From Obrimoposthia wandeli (Eukaryota), in the NCBI GenBank assembly GCA_977020255.1, contig CDROCS010004352.1, forward strand, positions 1-62,604: a stretch of DNA of 62,604 bases, given 5' to 3'. Shown here in pieces: positions 50,849 to 61,282 of this stretch (position 1 is the stretch's first letter; the number at the start of each line of letters is the position of its first letter). The notes below the pieces were generated by a model. The model was not told where the DNA came from and did no database searches. It was given only the letters and a program-made list of their open reading frames with translations. A program made the translations under genes and the position numbers.

Positions 50849-53800
50849 TTATTTTACGTAGTTCCAGGCCTCAATCTTCTCCAGCTCCTCGGCTGACAAC
50901 TTATCCAGGATCCCAGTTGTATGACTCGAGAATTTAGCCCACGAGGCCGCTGTATGTTCGATGGTTTTCAGGGTTAGTCGGATCTTGATATCCTTGATCT
51001 CCTTTGCTTTAAAACCAGCATTTGCAAAGATCCGGTTATTGATTTCAGGCCAGAAGCGCGTAGAGTTGCACGAGTTTTTCTGGGTGGCGGGTCTTTAGCA
51101 TTTCAACGAGCTCCGCGTATTTGGACATAGTTTCGGTGAGCCTCAGATCAAATGACATGTCAGAGTCAAACGGGATCTTGATCTCTATCAGCATCACCTT
51201 ATAGTCAGTCTCGATCGTTATGTCTGGTCGTGGTCTGCAGCTGTTTCCGTTATCGTCTACACATAAGTGGGTCAGCTCTTGAGTTACCTGTCCTGGATAT
51301 TTTAGTTCCATGACCATTGCAGTTTCCCGGCAGATCATGTCGTGTCTTTGAATTCGTAGTTTTGCTATGAGCTTACAACCAACGATTGCATGGCTCATCG
51401 ACTCTCGCTCCTGGCATCCCTTCCTGCATGGGGCGATCATATCAGTCCTGGGGCCTCGTACCTTCATGCGCCCGCACCTTGCGCGGTGGATGAAGAACCA
51501 CCCTCGGTACGTCAGACGGCCCTTCATGATGGCCCGGTTAATGTCTGTGTCTGATGTGGCGTTCTTATATATTGGACTCGCTAGCTTGTCTTCGAGAACC
51601 TTGTGACTCTGGCTGAGTTGCACAATGTTATGCATCGCCTTACTTGTGGCCTTGTAGGTCTTGAACTGCATGAGAAAACTGCCTCCATGGTCACTGAGTT
51701 ATGAAAAAGATTGTGGGCTTGGTTCTTCTCAATCAGTTCTAGTTTGATATTTAGCTCATTCTGGAATTTGTTGGCCGCGTGGAACAGCCGCGTCCAAAGT
51801 CCCGTATCTTTCATGTTAGTGGCTAGGGTCCCTTCATTAAACCCCTGAACTGCTTCGGAGAAGGTCATTGGCGGATTAGGAAACTTCAATTGTTCGGTGA
51901 GCTCACGCCTAAATAGGTTCTTCAGGTCCCTGTCGCGTGCATTTGCCATCTTTATCGTCTGGATGATGGACTGATGTTATATTCGTCCTCAATCCTTGTC
52001 AGCCCAAGACCTCCACGGTCCTTGTGCCCATAGAGAACTCCGATAGGGCTGTTTGCTAAGTCTAGTCCCGCGATTGGTTTTATGACTTTCCTTAGGAGTC
52101 CTTCAAAGCCCCTTTTCGTCTATTCGGTTGCAGGATAAGCGGAGTGTACCAGGTTTCCCTGTCTGAATACAAATATCAGCTTTGAGTGAATGAAGGTATT
52201 GTATGCGTCAGTCTTTTGATACGGTCTTAGTTCGCTTTTTGCCACTGCCGTGGTCAGTCGAAGCACCTCAGCCAACAGCTCCTCGCAATGTTGCTTGGCG
52301 TTTGCAGTCTTTTCGCTGCCATGGTATCGGTATGGCATGTCCGCAGTTACCTCTGGTATTTTTTCTCCTCTCAGCATGATATTGTCAGCTAGTTTGTCTT
52401 TCCTGTAAGGTATTCAGGACAATCTGGGCCGAATGGCAGCTGTAGCTCGCAGTCTTGTCTGGTATTGATCGGTCCTTCTTGAGCTTTGCTTCATGCCAGG
52501 GTCCGGATTTCACCTGTTTCAAATCTGTATCCTGAGCCATGGCTTTGGTTTGTGGCCTCTATTACCGGATTGATGCTCATATTAAATAAGAGCATCGATA
52601 GTGGACACCCTTGTCGCACTCCTCGTTTTATTGGGATCCGGTTGATTTTCCTGTCACCGCAAACAATGTTGGTCATATTCTGCTTATATACATCTTCAAG
52701 CAGTCTGATAGCGGCTGGGGCCACGTTAATTTTTTCCAGCATTCCCCAAATGAAGGAGACTGGCACCGACCCAAAGGCATCGGCCAGATCTAGGAAGGCG
52801 ATGTAGGCGCAGCCTTGGTTCCTCTTTCGCAATACTTCCGAGGTGATCAGGCTAATCACCGTGTTGTGCTCATAGCACCCCTCGTAGGCACCAAGGGATT
52901 TTTGTCGTGGATACAGTATTATATTCTTCCAGGCCCAATCACTCATCCGTATTGTGATGATTGACGCAAATATCTTGTAAACGCATGACATGACTGCGAT
53001 AGGTCGCCAAGCTGTGATGTCATCGTAGCGCTGTTTCCTAGGTTTTGGGATGAACTTGGTCTTGAAGGTTCGCCAAGAGTCGGGAGTCCGTTGTTCGTCA
53101 ATGCATGCATTGTATAGGCCTGCCAGTTTGTTACCATTATCGAAGCTGTGTAACATGTCCCTATATGTTACTTGGTCCGGTCCTGGGGCACTACCAGGTG
53201 CTGCTCTCAGCGCTCGAGTCACCTCCTCTGGAGTGATGTGGCTGATCTCGAAGGTCTCTGGTGCTTTTCGGAAAAGGTTATCGGGAACTGCATCCCAGTC
53301 AATTGGGGTTGGTTCAGCGCTCTTGCTTGTAAAGAAACCCCGTATGTTGTCCTCGTTTGGGCATGCTGTTGTCTCGTCGATAGCGATCTCCGTGATTTGG
53401 TCAAATGCTGCTTTTTTTGAGAAGGCGTATAGCTTGTTAATTACAATATTCTCCTTGTTCTTGCCGTGGTTCCTTGGCTTGAAACAAGGGCTTGATCACA
53501 ATCCAGTTTCTCAGTAGGCAGGCTGTGGTCACAGCCTTTCTATTGCGTTCACGTCCTTTCTTTCCTGCCGGGGGTTATTGCTCAGCACAATGGCCAAGGG
53601 TTCAGATATATCACCCTCCCCATTTCCCGGCGATGCTGAGCAACTCAGTTTCCCGACTTGGAAAGCTGAGGCTGATATATTGTTCTCCAATTCTGTCTTA
53701 TTCTTGTTGTGTGATCTCAGCTGTCTTTCATTTTGGCCTTCCCTACCTGGAATCATGTTCGGTTCACCTGAGGTCGATGCAGTAGGATCTGCATTTAGAT

Positions 53801-54799
53801 CAGTTATTGCTTCGGTCTCTTTGAGGATTGTCGCCTCTGGGATTGTCTTCTCAGCGATTGTCATTTCACTCTCCGTTACGTTGGGTACAACGTCATCCTG
53901 GTTACTGATGTGTCCTGTATTGACAGGGTTTGGGTCCGCTATCTGCGGCATCTTACCTTCAAAGAATTTCTTCTCGGTTTCTGCTGCACTGTTTCGTATG
54001 CCAAACTTTATTTTTTTGTCTGTGGAGAACCACTTTTTGAGCTCGTCCGATTTTTCAATGAAGCCACCATTTTGGCCCATAATGTTAGTTACATTCGCAG
54101 TTCCGTCTTCTCGTCTCTGTACGTTTGCTTTGATGAAAGTGCCACTGATTAGAAAGGGAGAGGTGCCTTTTTTGTTTCCGCTGAGTATGTGCCGTTGTAG
54201 GAGCTTGACTTTAGTTTGTTTGTTATCCATGGCATATCCATATCCTTGGTTGCGTTGGTAGAAGAGCACGTATAGTTGCTGCTGGTCCTCGGTATCAGTA
54301 ACAGTAGCTGCTTGGGGTCTCGGTTTCGTCATTGGAACTTTGATTGTCTCCTCAGTGATTGTCGTTCCTCTCTCTGTTACGTTGGGTACAACGTCATCCT
54401 GGTTACTGATGTGTCCTGTATTGACAGGGTTTGGGTCCGCTATCTGCGGCATCTTACCTTCAAAGAATTTCTTCTCGGTTTCTGCTGCACTGTTTCGTAT
54501 GCCAAACTTTATTTTTTTGTCTGTGGAGAACCACTTTTTGAGCTCGTCCGATTTTTCAATGAAGCCACCATTTTGGCCCATAATGTTAGTGGCATTCGCA
54601 GTTCCGTCTTCTCGTCTCTGTACGTTTGCTTTGATGAAAGTGCCACTGATTAGAAAGGGAGAGGTGCCTTTTTTGTTTCCGCTGAGTATGTGCCGTTGTA
54701 GGAGCTTGACTTTAGTTTGTCTGTTATCCATGGCATATCCATATCCTTGGTTGCGTTGGTAGAAAAGCACGTATAGTTGCTGCTGGTTCTCGGTAGCAG
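50849..54799 (-). mobile_element. NeSL/Utopia-like non-LTR retrotransposon (RT, CCHC, RLE endonuclease), decayed; 5' part runs into the gap
   Basis: SAPGPD, WRPIAV...YKIF, GCYEHN, AFLDLADAFGSVP, GVRQGCPLSMLLF, GGLG, CRKGC...ESMSHAIVGC, RHD, PDI...IEIK...KY; YADD segment missing; frameshifts present. Confidence 0.92.
53873..54799 (-). repeat. In-frame 501-bp (167-aa) tandem repeat in the retrotransposon N-terminal ORF
   Basis: Matching positions 54276/54777 and 53910/54411; only a handful of substitutions between units. Confidence 0.95.
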
Positions 54800-54974
54800 N
54801 NNNNNNNNNNNNNNNNNNNNNNNNNNNNNNNNNNNNNNNNNNNNNNNNNNNNNNNNNNNNNNNNNNNNNNNNNNNNNNNNNNNNNNNNNNNNNNNNNNNN
54901 NNNNNNNNNNNNNNNNNNNNNNNNNNNNNNNNNNNNNNNNNNNNNNNNNNNNNNNNNNNNNNNNNNNNNNNNNN

Positions 54975-55055
54975 GTACATCGCCAAGCTAGTCTGTGACC
55001 TATATGAGAACGAGATATCCGTACATCTGTGATCAATGTCGGTCCCGAGCCCTTG
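54975..55055 (-). repeat. Inverted copy of the 46-bp minisatellite and its flank
   Basis: Reverse complement aagggctcgggaccgacattgatcacagatgtacggat... matches 45557-45630. Confidence 0.9.
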
Positions 55056-55207
55056 AATTTAAAATTTTGAATTTGGCGCCAAAAATAAATTTTGAATTTG
55101 GCGCCAAAAATAAATTTTTAAAAGCGCAAAAAATGATGCATTTAAACAAAAGAATGGAATGACCTTGGAATTACCTGGCGTACTCGGGAGAATTGGTTGT
55201 GGATAAA

Positions 55208-55312
55208 GGTTAGGGTTAGGGTATGGCTTAGGGTTAGGGCTATGGCTAGGGTTAGGGTTATCGTATGGCTCAGGGTTAGGGTTAGGGATATGGGCGTGGT
55301 TAGGGTTAGGGT
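55208..55312 (+). repeat. Interstitial telomere-like TTAGGG array with TATGGC-type spacers
   Basis: ttagggttagggtatggcttagggttagggctatggctagggttaggg... Confidence 0.9.
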
Positions 55313-55489
55313 ACTTTATAATTTGAGTTTCATTATGTCTTATTCATATATCCTTATATAGAACTCACATGAGATATAAACAAAATCAGTAATAATAACA
55401 TGCATTCATGAATACAACCAAACAAATCCTCAACCAATCATGTGAGGTTAGATAGAATATAAACAATTCAGACATTATTTCTGATCACA

Positions 55490-55930
55490 ATGTTGATAAA
55501 CATCGAGAAGAAGATAGCAATATCAGTGAAGAGGATCAATTCCATTGCATTGAAGAAAAGAAGCAAGAAACAGTCTATGGATTTTATTCAACAATTAGAT
55601 ATCTTCAATGATGTCATCAAATTGAAGAAACCGAAATTTCAAGATCCTTATCATAAATTCGGATGGGATATGTATTTACTTGAAAATCCTATAACATACC
55701 ACTTCTCCAATCATGTCAATGTAAGGAAAATCAAGTTTGACTATATCATTAGAGATATCTATGAAGGAGATGTTATACAATTGAATGAACTCATGCAACA
55801 ATTGGATATTGAATATAAAATCCATAGAAATTCTATATTGGTGAGAGCTGATGAAGGTATTTTTGCAGATTATTGGTATGTTGAAAAGGATATGAAAAAT
55901 GGAAAATGGACTCTATTCATAATGATTTAA
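55490..55930 (+). CDS. Uninterrupted 146-aa orphan ORF
   Basis: ATG-to-stop ORF with globular-looking composition in very AT-rich DNA; no motif recognised. Confidence 0.5.
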   Translation: MLINIEKKIAISVKRINSIALKKRSKKQSMDFIQQLDIFNDVIKLKKPKFQDPYHKFGWDMYLLENPITYHFSNHVNVRKIKFDYIIRDIYEGDVIQLNELMQQLDIEYKIHRNSILVRADEGIFADYWYVEKDMKNGKWTLFIMI

Positions 55931-57487
55931 GGATGTATGACCAAATGTGATGGAAGTTTAAAACCTATATGGAAGATTACGAAGGATGTATAATGTTATA
56001 GAAATTAATAATAAATATTGATGTTTTATCTTACGAATTTATGTCCAAATATAGACATGTACACATGTACCAACTTCCCTTGTTCTTGTTATCCAATTAG
56101 AAGCTTGCAATATTTAGTCAATACTTGCATCAACCAAACAGAACATGGACATCTTTACATATATTATGTGCAAATATGTTCAGCAACTCTCCATAAACAT
56201 CTTAACCACCATGAGATTTTCCTCTTCTTAACCCTATAAAATAATCTATTTTTAGTAACATTGTATCATCTATTCTTATTGGTTAATCTGAGTCTCAGTT
56301 TTATATAAACAAAGATATATTTAAATAAACATGTAAGCTGATTTATAGCAACGTCATCATATTATTCATGGAAACTCAATGAAGAAAAACATCCAATATT
56401 ATGATGTCATTTTCCGGAATATCAATGGATCAATGTCTACCCAACCGAATTACAATGGAATATACAAGATTGCATCCTGTGGCTTAGTGACTTCTGTTTG
56501 GACTCTATGGAATTAAATAATAAAGGTACGTATTTTCTCCTTTATATTTATTAATATTTTATAAGAAGTTCGAAAGTTAAGGATATATTGATGTGAATAT
56601 TGATATTCATTGAATTAGATGATTTATGAAACGTTAGTAATGAATAGTAATATCTTAATAAAATGGTGAGAAACTATGCTATCTTTTAGACATATTGAAC
56701 ATTACCCCTAGATTCAATAATCAGTAGCTACTTGATAGAATAGATTAATCAATAAAATAGTTATTATGAATTATTGTTAAGGTTTTATTAGGATTTACAA
56801 CATGTGTTATGATATAGATGAAATATGTGTATTATCGATAATTTTGGTATAAGATTCTTTGTATGCGAGCTTGTATGATAATCAAAACATCTAAGTCTTC
56901 TCTATATTTAACTATATTATTCCATTTCATAGTCTAAATCTCAATGACACATTAGAAAAATCATTATTCATATTATCAACCACTTTATGATGGTTGATGA
57001 TAGTGAGATTAGATGTTGATAATATTGATAAGTTCAGTTTTTTAATAATCAATATGTATGGAAATATATGAATTTATGGTAATTTCTCTGAAAGTTAGGG
57101 ATGAAAGTTTTTGAAAGAAGATTCATGATAGAGATGTTAGAAGATATGGATATGTCTCGATTTATTGATTATTAGATTCATTCTTATAAAATTTCCAATG
57201 TTTTCCTTTACAGCCTAACCTGATTATCTAACTCAAAAGTCTTAATATCTTAGTTTTTACAAGAAAATGTTTAAAGTTAAACAACTACAACGTAGAATAT
57301 TTTAAACAACTGCAAGGTGGAATATTTCAATCAATCAACATTGATGTATAAGTAATGTTAAATTATGTATGTTATTTAAAAAACATCCATCTATGACTGC
57401 TTTAATGAAAGAGGTAGGCTTGATATTGGTCTGATTCTATGCTATTCTTTCCTTAAACCCTAATACGTGTTATATTTTTTCCTCCTG

Positions 57488-57820
57488 AAACCTCTCAACT
57501 TCCATGAGATTTCCCTAACTTCCATGTTATTTTCCTCCTTAAACCACTCAACTTCCATGAGAATTCCCTAACTACTGCAAGATTTCCCTAACTTCCATTA
57601 GATTTTCCTAACTATCATGAGATTATCCTAACTTCAAACGTTATTTTACTTCTTAAACCACTCAACTTCCATGAGATTTCCCTAACTTCCACGTTATTTT
57701 CCTCCTTAAACCATTCAACTTCTACGAGATTTCCCTAACTTCCATGTTATTTTCCTCTTTAAACCATTCAACTTCCATGAGATTTCCCTAATTTCCACAT
57801 TATTTTCCTTCTTAAACCAG
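57488..57820. repeat. 53-bp tandem repeat built partly from 20-bp subunits
   Basis: Unit starts at 57488, 57541, 57655, 57708, 57761 and 57814; three extra acttccatgagatttcccta-like subunits lie between 57541 and 57655. Confidence 0.9.
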
Positions 57821-57829
57821 TAAACTTTC

Positions 57830-59657
57830 ACAAACTTGTATTTCTTGGAAGTATTCAGACACATATGCACACACATACCCAATGGTCTCTATGTTCTATT
57901 TTCCTTGTTCTCTCAACTTGTAAAATTTTGTAAGTATTCACACATACAATATTACTTAGGTATATTTGTCATATATTTTTGTAAGTATTCATACACACAC
58001 ACACACATATATATACACACAGACATATAATATTACTATAGTCAATTTTCTTATACACACTCTATCAATGTATACTGTTCTCTAAATTTATTCAATCAAC
58101 TGAAAACTTCCAAGCAATGCTAATCAATATTACTAAATCTCATATAATTTCTTCCTTAGAACGTTCTAAATATCATAGATTTCATGGACATATCATTAAT
58201 TTAGTCTTTAGAATCATCAAAATATTGTAAATTTCCTGAACATATCATTAATTTCCTCAAAACATTAATACTTTTAGAACATAATATAGAACATATAGTT
58301 GTTATTATAATAAACAATATCGATGTGGAATTGAAAAAGATAGAGATGGAATGTTTTATGATTAGATTTTAGTATATACCTTGTATTTCTTGTAAGTATT
58401 CAGACATGCATGCATACATACACCCAATAGTCTCTATTTCTTGTTCTGTCAGCTTGTACATTTTTGTAAGTATTCATACATACACACATATTAATATAGT
58501 CTAAGTTCACTATTCCCTGCTCAAGCAATCTACCAACAATCAGAAGACATTCCAGTGTACATTAGAAATATCAATATATAAGTTGAGATTTAATATATGT
58601 AATCAATAACATGTAGAATATTGATCTATTTTTAATTTCAGTTTAACATCTAAGATTAAATAGTTTCTTTAGAAAACATTAGATGAGAAGATAAGAAGAA
58701 GAGATAAGATGAAGTGATGTCCACATTTTAGTAAATATATCTTGATGTAGCAAAAATCACAAATACTTGTAACCATAGCAAACATATATTTGAATTTTCG
58801 GGCATTGAAATTGATGCATTAAAACAAATTTTTGATATGATGTAGTTACACATACATACATGCAGGGGATGTCATCTGATGTCTTTGTTAATCTACTAGT
58901 AATCAAATATGTTCACATATACATACATACATACATTTAATTCTGTTTGCACGTGTCAACATCTGTCTAATTATTCACACACACACATGTATGAGTGATG
59001 TAAGCAAATGAAAAACATATAAGATGGAATTTACATAGCTTAATTTAGGTAAATAAATTTTGTAAATTTTTATTACTTTGTTTTAAAAGTAATTGATTTT
59101 GAAGTAATAAAGTTTTGAAGAAAATAAATTTTTGAAGCAAAGATGTTTTTGAAGAAAATAAGTTTTGATGAAAAAATTTCAGAGGCAAAAATTTTCATGT
59201 ACAAATTTTTTTTGTTGTGAAAATGATGTATAAGTGATTTAAAAACTTTTTAATTTTGGCGCCAAAATGTTTTGAAAATTTAAACAAAAATTTTTGAAAA
59301 AATAATTTTTAAACGTTTTGGAAAAAATAAATTTTTGAAGGTTTTGGACCCTTGAAGGTCAACCCTTGAAGGTCTGAGTAAGTTCTGATCAAGCCTATTA
59401 TATATAACATTAAAAAGTAGAAAAATACATTTTAGAAGGTTTTGAACCCTTTAAGGTCAACCCTCGAAGGTCTAATGAAAGTCAGATCAATGCTATTATA
59501 TATAACTTTGAAAAGTAGAAAAATAATTTTTTTAAGGTTTTGAACCCTTTAAGGTCAACCCTCGAAGGTCTAATCAAAGTCAGATCAATGCTATTATATA
59601 TAACTTTGAAAAGTAGAAAAATAAATTTTTGAAGGTTTTGAACCCTTTAAGGTCAAC
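57830..59657 (+). repeat. Family X copy with 98-bp subterminal tandem units
   Basis: aaggtcaac at 59355, 59453, 59551 and 59649; reverse complement of 44225-45495. Confidence 0.9.
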
Positions 59658-59895
59658 TGTTAATGCTGTCTAGTAGTGCACAACCTTGCTCCAAAAATAT
59701 TTATTCTTAAAATACCTAAATTTGAAAAGTGTATTAACTAAATAAACTTCCTTCATTTAGCTCAAATGGTTGTTAGAGCCATTATGGTATGGGGAACCTC
59801 ATTTAACTTCAGATGAAAGAGGAAGGGGAGCCTGATCAAAGCTGTGGGAACATTATAACTTCCTCTCTCCCAAATGGGACAATGTTTGATCTGAC

Positions 59896-60034
59896 CTGTC
59901 GTTGGACCATGAAGTTCCGGTGCCGTCGCAAGGCCATGACAGTGTCGTATATGTTGATATCTTGACCACCCCTGATCAGCTGCTTGATGATGCGGTCGAT
60001 GCAGATCAGAGTGCCAGTTCTGCCAACCCCAGCG
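59896..60034 (-). CDS. Protein tyrosine phosphatase exon (P-loop to Q-loop)
   Basis: cag|C GCT GGG...: AGVGRTGTLICIDRIIKQLIRGGQDINIYDTVMALRRHRNFMVQRQ|gtcag; 139 nt. Confidence 0.92.
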
Positions 60035-60227
60035 CTGATTTGACAACAAATGGATCAAGGTCATTATCACCTACACACACACAGAAAATGTTAAAATATA
60101 ATCTAAAACACAAATAATACTACAATACAATTTTAAACGAGAAGAAACAGCACATAACAAAGCACTGCACATTTGTTCCAACAACAAAAACAACTGCCAT
60201 TTAATTCTGTCAACAGAGTACTACAAG

Positions 60228-60620
60228 ATGCCAATGCTTGTTCTCACAATCCCTCTAAATGAAGACATGCCCATGCAGTTGTTATTGTACTGTTCCCCAA
60301 TGCTTGTTCTCACAATCCCTCTCATTGAAGACATGCCCATGCAGATGTTATTGGACTGTTCCCAATGCTTGTTTTCACAATCCCTCTCATTGAAGACATG
60401 CCCATGCAGATGTTATTGGACTGTTCCCAATGCTTGTTCTCACAATCCCTCTCATTGAAGACATGCCCAATGCTTGTTCTCACAATCCCTCTCATTGAAG
60501 ACATGCCCATGCAGATTGTGGACTGTTCCCAATGCTTGCCCGCTCATATTGTTCTGTTCCCAATGCTTGTTCTTCTCCTCTCATTGCATGCCCACAAATA
60601 CATTGAAGACATGCCATGCA
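60228..60620. repeat. ~65-bp tandem repeat inside the PTP intron
   Basis: ccaatgcttgttctcacaatccctctcattgaagacatgcccatgcag units at 60231, 60297, 60362, 60427 and onward. Confidence 0.92.
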
Positions 60621-61130
60621 CAAATTGTTAATGTTCTGCTTGTTCACAGCATCAATGACCTATGGTCTATCTGGTAGCGGATGCAACACGAAGGTTGTAT
60701 GGGGTTTCAAACTTCTGATTAATATGCGATTTTTGTAACTGTATAAGGATAATTGTGGACATTGGGCTTCTTTTTATATATGCTTTGAGCTAAAAGAGCT
60801 AATTCAATGTTTGCATAATATAGCTCTAAAATGTCGAGTCATTATGGCATATCCACAATCGTACTTATCTATTCTGACAATAATCAATAAATCAGTTTAC
60901 ATTAATATTTTGTACTCGACAGTTCAATCTGACATCGTCAAGCAAGGATTATTTCCATTGAACATGTATGGTCAGACCTATCAAAGATGATCTACATTGA
61001 TACCCCATATCATCTAATATGGGCAAACAATTATTTATTTTATCCAAAATTTGTTATAATATGAATTTAATAAGATTACCATCATTATCCGGTGTGTATG
61101 TTACCAAAGTTTTAGCATATGTATATATAC

Positions 61131-61282
61131 CCGCAGTGGATCATGAAGGGGTTGATCGCAGACGCAGCCGTTAACTGGTGGACTCTGGAGAGGAGCTTGT
61201 CGAAGAACTCGAGATTCGGAGCTGAGTGCTCAGGCCAGGTATGCACGTGCAATTGCACAATATCGCGCTCTGTCTTCGTGGT
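61131..61282 (-). CDS. Protein tyrosine phosphatase exon (WPD-loop region to HC)
   Basis: cag|TTKTERDIVQLHVHTWPEHSAPNLEFFDKLLSRVHQLTAASAINPFMIHC G|gtatat; 152 nt; its phase-2 end joins in frame to the 60034 exon. Confidence 0.9.

Noticed and set aside
50690-50850. U2 snRNA or spliced-leader target sequence at the retrotransposon junctions
   Set aside because: Only 6-7 nt chance matches; no recognisable snRNA or SL gene.
53490-53531. Programmed readthrough of three in-frame TGA codons between the N-terminal ORF and RT
   Set aside because: Both alternative frames are open across this stretch and the element has other lesions; compensating frameshifts explain it.
53578-54762. Plus-strand ORFs over the 501-bp repeats and RT
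   Set aside because: Antisense shadows of the minus-strand retrotransposon ORF; ORFs spanning N gaps in the track are artefacts.
44225-59400. Family X copies as 1.3-kb TIRs of a giant element
   Set aside because: The left copy is itself interrupted by the AGTAG terminus, a third copy lies at 2590-3830, and no TSD was found; independent insertions are simpler.
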